Assembly (NCBI RefSeq): GCF_006345805.1
Contig: NW_021835210.1
Location: forward strand, 1 to 41,841
Length of the DNA: 41,841 nt
Reading direction: 5' to 3'
DNA from: Octopus sinensis
Taxonomy: Eukaryota
Shown: positions 33,391-41,841 of the stretch, piece by piece
How the letters are laid out: every line of letters starts with the position of its first letter
Numbering within the stretch: the stretch's first letter is position 1
Translations under genes and position numbers: made by a program
Notes under the pieces: generated by a model
Told to the model about the DNA's origin: nothing
Databases searched by the model: none
What the model saw: the letters and a program-made list of their open reading frames with translations, nothing else

Positions 33391-33423
<33 letters not shown>

Positions 33424-34225
33424 GAAGTGAAGAGCAGTGCATGCCATCAGGTGACCTGGGGTAAAATATACGAAGCCCAATATACCCATCATGACTACCC
33501 GTCTGATAAAGGTACACCAGGCACATGCATCACAACCATATGGTGCGCGACATGTTGATCTCATATCTAGATAAACAGCACATGACCTGCAGGTGGGGCC
33601 AGTTAGAATTTTCTTCTTCATTTTGAGTAGCCCATCCTGCTCAAACGGTCCCTGAATAAGGGTTGTTTAAGGAGTTTTGAAAGAACCACCCATGTTTCCA
33701 GAGTGAACTATTCAAACCCCAAAGAATCCCTCTCAACCCATGGTATGATGCTCCCCCACTACTTCTGCTCGTGATCAGAGATGCACATATCGTCAGCCAC
33801 TAAGGGACATGCTCACTGTTAAGGCAAACAACTGACAAGCAAATCTGTGGTATTGAGCAGAATATTTGCTGTGTAGCCCACTTTTATACCAACACAAAAC
33901 AATGTACAGATAACACTTCCAATCAGTTTATATTTTTATTATTATTATTTTATTTTATTATTTATTATTATTATATTATTATTATATTATTATTATTATT
34001 ATTATTATTGAGGCGGCGAGCTGGTAGAATCGTTGGCACACCGGGCGAAATGCTTAGTGGTATTTCGTCTATCACTACGTTCTGAGTTCAAATTCTACCG
34101 AGGTCCATTTTGCTTTTCATCCTTTCGGAGTTGATAAATTAAGTACCTGTTACGCACTGGGGTCGATGTAATCGACTTAACTCCTCCCCCACCAAATTTC
34201 AGGCCTTGTGCCTGTAGTAGGAAGG

Positions 34226-34258
<33 letters not shown>

Positions 34259-34815
34259 GAGTGAGAGAGCAGTGCATGCTCAAGGTGACACTGGGGTAAA
34301 TATACGAACCCAATATACCCATCATGACTACCCGTCTGATAAGGTACCCAGGCACATGCATCACAACCATATGTGCGCGACATGGTGATCTCATATCTAG
34401 ATAACAGCACAGTGACCTTGCAGGTGGGGCCCAGTTAAAATTTTCTTCAGTTGAGTAGCCCATCCCGCTCAAAAGGTCCCTGAATAAGGTTTGTTAAGGA
34501 TGTTGAAAGAACCACCCATGTTTCCAGAGGTGAATTATTCCAAACCCCAAGAATCCCTCTCAACATGGCTATGATGCTCCCCCACGACTTCTGCTCATGA
34601 TCAGAGATGCACATATCATCATTCACTAGGGACATGCTCAACTGGTTAAGGTCAAACAACATCAAAGGCAAATCTGTGGTATTGAGCAGAATATTTGCTG
34701 TAGCCCATCTTTTATACCAAGACAAAACAATGTACTGATAACACTTCCAATCAGTTAAGATCAGAAGCCATGAGAGCCACTGCCTGGTACTGCATCAGGG
34801 CATTTATTATTATTA

Positions 34816-34898
<83 letters not shown>

Positions 34899-35130
34899 CA
34901 TTATTGGTAAGGTGGCAAGCTAACAAAATCGTTAACACACCGAACAAAATACTTATTGGCATTTCTTCCGGTTCTTTACGTTCTGAGTCCAAATTCCGCC
35001 AAAATCAACCTTTCCTTTTCATCATTTCAGGGTCGATAAAATAAAGTACCAGTGAAGTACAAGATTCGATGCAATCGACTTATCCACACCCCTAAAAGTG
35101 CTGGCCTTGTGCTGGCCATAACCGGAAACC
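32336..35130. repeat. Higher-order array of [unclassified element + (ATT)n + SINE M tail B + (ATT)n], ~835-bp period
   Basis: Element copies at 32336-32576, 32593-33092, 33422-33930 and 34259-34802. SINEs at ~33176-33390, 34010-34225 and 34907-35130. Confidence 0.85.
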
Positions 35131-35139
35131 ATTACTATT

Positions 35140-35554
35140 AGCCGTGATTGTTATGTGTTAGTCGTAGTATAGTAGTGTTCTCGTGATGTTGTTAGTAGTG
35201 GTGATGGTCTTTTGTAATAATGGTAGTAGTAATAGTAGTAGTGGTGGTAGCGTTTGTAACAGTAATGATATTGGTTGTAGTGGTGGTGGTGGTGTAGGTG
35301 ATAGTAGAAGTGTGGTAGTGTTGGTGCTTAGGAGTGTATGTGGTGGTGGTGGTGGTGGTGGTAGTTAACGTTATTGTTGCTGTTGTTGTTGTGAGCATTA
35401 TTGATGTTGTTATTATAGTTGCTGATGCTGTAAACTGTTGTTGTTTCAATTGCTGGGGGGGGGGCTTGCTTGCTTGGTTGTTGTTGTTGTTGTTGTTTGC
35501 TGTTATTGTTGCAGTGGTTGTTGCAATGATTGCTGTTGTTGCTCTTGTTATTAC

Positions 35555-35588
<34 letters not shown>

Positions 35589-35692
35589 GATCTTGTTGCT
35601 GCTGTAGTAGTCACTGTGACACCAGCCTCACCAGTTAAAGCAGCTAAGTGATGCTGGAACGTCATCGTCATCGTCAACAACAGGAATAATAT

Positions 35693-35748
<56 letters not shown>

Positions 35749-38700
35749 GCGGCAGCAATAGAGGCAGCTACTTAATGCAGTAAGTGGTGTAGCAGCTAGC
35801 AGCATTATATACGTCTATATAATCGGCTAATGTTCATATAGGTGATGGTGATGGTGATGGTGATGGTGATGGTTGTAATGGTTGTGGTGTTGTGGTGGTG
35901 GTGGTGGTGGTGGTATCGATGATAGTGGTAGTTGTGTTGTGTCGGTTGCAACGGTAGTCGTGATGGTGACAGTAATCGAAACAGTGTCGGCGGTGGCAGT
36001 TTCGGCGGTAGCAGCTGCGGCGGTGGTGGTGGTGGTGGTGGCGGCGTCGGTGGTGGTGGCGTTGGTGGTGGTGGTGGTGGTGGTGGCACGGTAGTGATGG
36101 TGGTGGTGGTAGTGGTGTTGTTGTTGGTGGTGGTGGTGGTGATGGTGGTGGTAGTGGTGGTGGCGGTGGTGGAAGTGGTGGTAGTGGTGGTGGCAGCGGT
36201 AGTGATGGTGGTAGTGGTGGTGGTGGTAGTGGTGTTGGTAGTGGTGGCGGTGGTTGTGGCGGTGGTGATGGTGGTGGCTGCGCCAGTGGTGGTGGTGGTG
36301 GTGGTGGTGGTGGTGGTGGTGGTGGCGGCGGCGGTAGTGGTGGTGGTGGTGGTGGTGGTGGTAGTTTGGTGGTGGTGGCGGTGGTGACGGTGGTTGAAAT
36401 AGTGCTGGTCATGGTTGTGATTATTTTGGCTGTAGTGGTGGTGGTGGTGGTGGTGTTGGTGTTGGTATTGAGGTGGCAGTGTTGATGTTGTTTGAGCTGA
36501 TGTTGTTTCTGTGGTTGTTTAACCTCAAATCAGTCCTGATTCGGTAGATCTGTTACGAACGAAAGCATTCCAGCCGTGACCATCCTGTCTTTTAAGAGTT
36601 CTTTAAGGACTACATTATCAAACATAACTTTCCTATTTTGAAAACAGTTGAGCGCGATTTGAGGGAGATTTGGCTGTTATATTTAGCTGGTTGAGAGATC
36701 AAATAGAGGTTCCTTCAGTAGAGGCAATGTAGTTGGTGGTGGTCACAACAATGGCATTGGACATAATGTTAGGGGTGAGGGTGTCGAGGGTGATGATAGT
36801 GGGTGGATAGTGAGATGACAGGATGGTAGCGGTTTTGTTGATGGTAATAGAGGATGGTGGTGGTGCTTGTGGTGGAGGTGGAGATGGTGGTGGTGGTTGT
36901 GGTGGAGGTGGTCATGGTGGTGGTGGTGGGGATACTAGCGATGGTGGTTGTAGTATTGATGATGGTAGTAGCGATACAGATATTGTTTGTGTTGACAGTT
37001 GTGATGATGATGATGATGGTGATATTGGTTGGGCGATGCGGGTGGTGGTGGGGTAGGGGTGATACGGATGTTGATTGCTGCTGGTAATAGTTGTTGGTTG
37101 TTGTTGTTGTTGTTGATGGTGGTGGTGGTGGTGGTGGTGGTGGGTGGCGGTGGCGGCGGTGGTGGTGGTAGTGGTAATTGTGTTTGTGATAAATGATAAT
37201 GGTTATAGTCATGGTTTGATGATGATGATGATGATGATGATGACGACGACGACGGTGGTGGTGGTGGTGGTGGTGGTGGTGGTTGGTGGTGGTGATGGTG
37301 ACGGTGGTGGTCGTCGTCGTAATAGTGATGTTTGTAATGGCGGTGATAATGATAGTGATAGCGACACGTTGGCGGTAGCGGATGATGACGGTGACGCTCA
37401 TGTTAAGTGACGGAGAAGATGGAGATGATGGTGATGATGATGGCGATGGTATTGATGGTAAAATCGGTGGCAAGGTTTAGGGTTAGGGGTGAGTGGATGT
37501 ATTGATGAAGGATATGCTGGTGGTGTTGGTGATGGTGGTGACGGGTGGAAATGGAGGCACAACTCGTTGTAATGATGGTAATGGTGGTGGTGGTGGTGGT
37601 ATTGTTTACCGTAGCTCATGTTCTTGTTGCACTTGTTGTAATGGTATGGCTATTGGTAATGTGTTAGCACTTGGTGAGTTGCCTGTGTTAAAAGACGTGT
37701 TGGTACGTGGTGTCCGCTAATAGTACTGATATTGAGCTGTTGTCACTGTAGTGATGGTGGTAGTGGTGGTGGCTGTGGTGGTGGCGGCAGTGGTTGTGGT
37801 GGTAGTGGTTGAGGTGGTGGTGGTAGCAGTGGAGGTGGTGGGGGTTGTGGTAGTGGCTGTGGTGGTGGTGGTGGTGGCAGTGGTTTCAGTGGTTGTCGTG
37901 GTAGTGGTTGAGGTAGTGGTGGTGGTAGCAGTGGAGTTGGTGGTCGTGGTTGTGGTGGCGGCGCTGTGACTGAGGTGGTTGTAGTGGTTGAGTTGGTGGT
38001 GGTAGTTGCGGCTGTGGCTGGGGTGGTTGTGGAGGTCGTGGTGTTGGTGGTGATGGTGGTGCTAATGGTTCTTGTAATGTCAGATCAACACCTTCCACCA
38101 GTCATACCATCACAACAACAACACCCCTACAGCTAATCACCATCACCATCACCACCACCACAATGACAACAATACTGTTACATTGTTTGTGATTGTGGTG
38201 GTGGTAGTGGAGGTAGTATTAGAAGTGGTAGTGGTGGTGATGATGATGATGTGGTTGTGTTAGATTGAAGTATGGTGGTGCAAGGAGTCATGTGATAGTA
38301 CAGTTTGGCGCTAGTGTCATTATTAGTTTGGGTGGTAGTGGTGGTAGTGGTGGTGCCAGTGCCATTATTAGCTTGGGTGATGGATGATGATGATGATGAT
38401 GATTGATGATGATGATGATGATGATGATGGTGATGGTTCTGGTGATAGTATAGCTAGTTGTAGTTGTGGTGATAGTGCGTGAGTGGTAGTATGACTAATA
38501 TAGTGTAGTAGTTGTGGATGTTTTGTGGTATATGTGGCGGTATAGTGAGTGGTCAGCTCAGCTGACACAACGGTTTTGTTGTAGTTGGTAGTTTTAACTC
38601 GTATGTTGTCGATATTGTATTGGCTGTAGTATTGTAGTATGGTTAGTTATTGCTGTTATGATGATTTAGTGGTATAACATGGCCACGTAGTACGTGGTCG

Positions 38701-39022
38701 ATTTGTCGTATTGTTGCAGTAGTGGTAGTAGTATGATAGGTATGGTAATGTAGGGCTGGTTAGAGTTAATATGGCACTGGTGGTTGAGATATGGCAAATA
38801 ACATGGCTGTGGTTGTGTTGTAGTGGCACCATAACGGACCATTTTATTGTTGCAGTGGTAGTAGCAGTGGTACTTGCGATGGTAGTAGGTATGGGTGTGC
38901 TTTGGTTAATGGTATGATGTCTGATTGTACTGTGGTAGATCAACTTGTTTATTCTACTTGTTGTACTGATAGTGGTACTAGTGGTATAGTCACTGGTGTG
39001 GTAGTGGCGGTAGTAGTTTTAA

Positions 39023-39060
<38 letters not shown>

Positions 39061-39483
39061 TAGCTGGTGAAGTGGTGTAGTGGTATAGTTAACTATTTGT
39101 ACTGATGGTGGTACTAGTGGTATGGTCACTGGTGTGGTGATGGCGGTAGTAGTAGTAATAGTAGTAATAGTAGTAGCATAGCTGGTGAAGTGGTATAGTG
39201 ATATAGTTAACTATAGTAGTAGTAGTAGTGGTGGTGATGATAGTGGTGGTAGTACATTTAGCTATAACAGTAGTAGTTGTGGCTGTGGTGGTGGTGGTGG
39301 TGGTGGTGGTGTTAGTGGTGGTAGTATACTTAGCTCTAGCAGTAGTAATAGTCGTAGAAGTGGTGTTGGTGGTGGTGGTGGTGGTAGTGGTGGTGGAGGT
39401 GGTGGTGGTGGTAGTAGTGGCGGTAGTGGAGGTGGTGATTAATAAATGGTCAGCTGTAGTATTATTATTATTATTATTATTAT

Positions 39484-39522
<39 letters not shown>

Positions 39523-40512
39523 CAGCAGCGGCAGTAGTTGTAGTAGTAGTAGTGGTATTGGTGGTGGTAGTCGTGGTGGTGGTGCTCGTGGTGGTGGTCG
39601 TCGTGGTATTGGTGGTGGTGGTGCTGGTGATTGTACGGTCAGTGCTGTAGTGTTTCTGTGGTAATAATGATGTTTTTGATGTAGTATGTGATGTAGTGGT
39701 AATCAGGCGGTGGTTCTGTTGTGATAGTATGATTTACTGGTGTTGTTTGTCATGTGACTGTTGGTAAGAGTGATGGTATGGCTAGCAAAATAGTGTTGAG
39801 GTAGTAGTAGGCTTCACAATGGTATGGTTATTGATTAGCAGAATGGTTGTGTTGTGATATCTGTTTCTCTTGATATTGTTGTAGCAGTGGTAGTGCTGGT
39901 AGTGGCATTGGAGGTGGTGGTAGTGGTGGTAGCGGTGGTATCGAAGAATGAAATCCTATGATATCAGTACTCGTGTTAGACGGCAGTGGTGGTGGTGGTG
40001 GTGGTGGTGGTGACGGTGTTGGTGGTGGTGTTAAGGTGGTGATAGTAAGTGATAATACTGTAGGGATGTTAGTATGGTGACAGTGGCACTGTTTGTGGTG
40101 GTGGTGGTGTTAGTGTTGTTGTTGTTGTTGTCGGTGATGGTGGTGGTGGTGGTGATGGAGGTGGTTGTTAGGTGATGATAGTGAAAGTGCTGCAGATAGT
40201 AGTAGAGGTGGTAGTGTTTGTGGTAGTGCTGGTATTGTTGTTGTTTGCTGCTGTCGTGGTTATTGGTGATAGTGTTTTTGGTAGTGGTGGCAGTGGTAGT
40301 GTTGGTGGTGGTGCTGATAATTGTAGAATTTATGGCTATTCTGTGGAAATGTAGGTGCTCGTGGCAGTAACGATAGTGGTACTGGTAGTAGTAGTAAGTG
40401 GTAGTTCTGGTTGTAATGGGTGGTGGTGGCTGTATCCCTGATAGTTTTAGTGCTGCCGGTGATAACAGATACTTTAATATTATTGCTACAGCTACAACAC
40501 CCTCACTATAAC

Positions 40513-40605
<93 letters not shown>

Positions 40606-40630
40606 CACCACCACCACCACCACCACCACC

Positions 40631-40702
<72 letters not shown>

Positions 40703-40720
40703 GTCTTAGTATTACTATTT
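35140..40720. repeat. ~5.5-kb strand-biased degenerate trinucleotide low-complexity block (GGT/TAG/TGA/TGT)
   Basis: Seen directly, with inverted (C/A-rich) islands at ~38095-38175 and ~40495-40700. Confidence 0.9.
36520..36720. mobile_element. Short interspersed non-coding repeat embedded in the GT-rich block
   Basis: GATTTGAGGGAGATTTGGCTGTTATATTTAGC is the reverse-complement relative of GCTAGAAATAGCAGCTATATCTCTATCGAATC at ~12822-12853. Confidence 0.45.
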
Positions 40721-40914
40721 ACAGCGCTACTGCAAAGCTATTGAAACTACTATTAACGATGACCAATGCTATTCCGAGTTCTGCATCGACGAACTCTTAG
40801 ACTCTCTCAGACTGCAAGGTTGGTTCCAGTTTTGTGTTGGTACTTATATCTCGAAAAACTTCATTCGAGACTCATTCCGGCTTCACACATATTCAGTCCC
40901 ACAGAAAGATACGT

Positions 40915-41041
40915 GTGTGTGTGTGTGTGTGTATAAAACTATGCCTTTATATATATATATATATATAGAGAGATAGATAGATAGATAGATAGATAGAGAT
41001 AGATAGATCGATAGATAGATAGATAGATAGATAGATGGATG

Positions 41042-41085
<44 letters not shown>

Positions 41086-41146
41086 TAGATAGATGGATAG
41101 ATAGATAATAGATAGATAGATGATGATGGATGGATGGTGGATGGAT

Positions 41147-41199
<53 letters not shown>

Positions 41200-41841
41200 T
41201 AGATAGATAAGATAGATATGTTTCTTTATTAGCCACACAGAGCTGCACACAGACAGGACAAAATTACAAGGTAGAGCTTTTCTTTTGGGGGTAAAAGAAG
41301 GGGGTTTGGTTTCCGATCAAAAGGGATCGTAAATGAAAAGAAAGAGGACAAAAAAAGGAGGGGGGATAAAATAAAATTTTTAAAAAAAGGGGAGGTGAGG
41401 AAAAAAAAGGGGAAAGGAAAAAAAAATTATCAATAGGGATCGTTATCACAGAAATGTCAATATGAAGTGTAAAGGGGAGGACAGGTGAGGTTTACCCGTG
41501 GAAAGAAAAGCCTACGGAAAAGACTACGGTAACCTCGGTCAATGAGATAGATAGATAGATATAATACATTTATATGTATACATATACGCATGAATGGATG
41601 TATTCATACGTGTGCACGTATGTATGAATACATATATATGTATATATGAATGTATGTATGTATATATATGTGTGTATGTGTGTGTGTATGTATATGTATA
41701 CATATATGCATATATAGATGTATTCATGTATGCATGTATATATGCACGTATGTATGTATGTCTGTAAGTATGTATATATATATATATACTTCTGTGTGTG
41801 TGGATGGATGGATGGATGGATATACATATATATGTATGTAA
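40915..41841. repeat. Compound microsatellites (TG)(TA)(GATA)(GATG)(TATG)
   Basis: Seen directly. Confidence 0.9.
41216..41545 (-). mobile_element. LINE 3' UTR fragment (Tx1-like tail) inserted in (GATA)n
   Basis: Minus strand ends CAGCTCTGTGTGGCTAATAAAGAAAC, followed by (ATCT)n. GATA repeats flank both sides. Confidence 0.55.

Noticed and set aside
34740-34802. HDV-like ribozyme at the putative 5' end of the TAA-associated element
   Set aside because: I could not build P1/P2/P3 in the required order by eye. A descriptor search would be needed.
32336-35130. Repeat-spacer appearance (CRISPR-like)
   Set aside because: This is a eukaryotic context, the 'spacers' are themselves repeated, and there are no cas genes.
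35183-40800. Poly-Pro/Thr/Val/Gly/His ORFs resembling mucins or extensins
   Set aside because: ORFs appear in several frames on both strands with frequent stops. They are a by-product of the trinucleotide low-complexity block.
5154-41841. Dozens of ORFs rich in YI, CV, HT, LSIY, poly-I/N/Y
   Set aside because: They are translations of di-, tri- and tetranucleotide microsatellites and have no coding signal.

Overview
AT-rich eukaryotic intergenic or intronic DNA, almost certainly from an octopus. This is inferred from three abundant tRNA-derived SINE families resembling the published octopus OR/OK SINEs and from the heavy microsatellite load. I see no intact protein-coding gene, RNA gene or CRISPR array. 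Most listed ORFs are microsatellite translations; the rest are transposon relics: Tc1, maT DD37D, DD41D, mariner, Penelope GIY-YIG, CR1/L2, RTE, Tx1-like and two R4/Dong-like RLE LINEs. The most interesting signal is a set of about 8-9 Penelope-type minimal type I hammerhead ribozyme motifs, several unrelated outside the core. Two of them sit 554 nt apart in a 424-bp direct repeat / 131-bp spacer / 424-bp direct repeat element inserted in (TA)n, which resembles a non-autonomous mini-Penelope or retrozyme. Other notable structures are a (TAA)n-centred cluster of nested elements (Dong relics, ATT-tailed SINEs and an unclassified ~545-bp element), a mariner foldback made of two 5' ends, and a 3' tail shared by a LINE and a SINE. 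All alignments and folds were done by eye, and family names recalled from memory need database confirmation.
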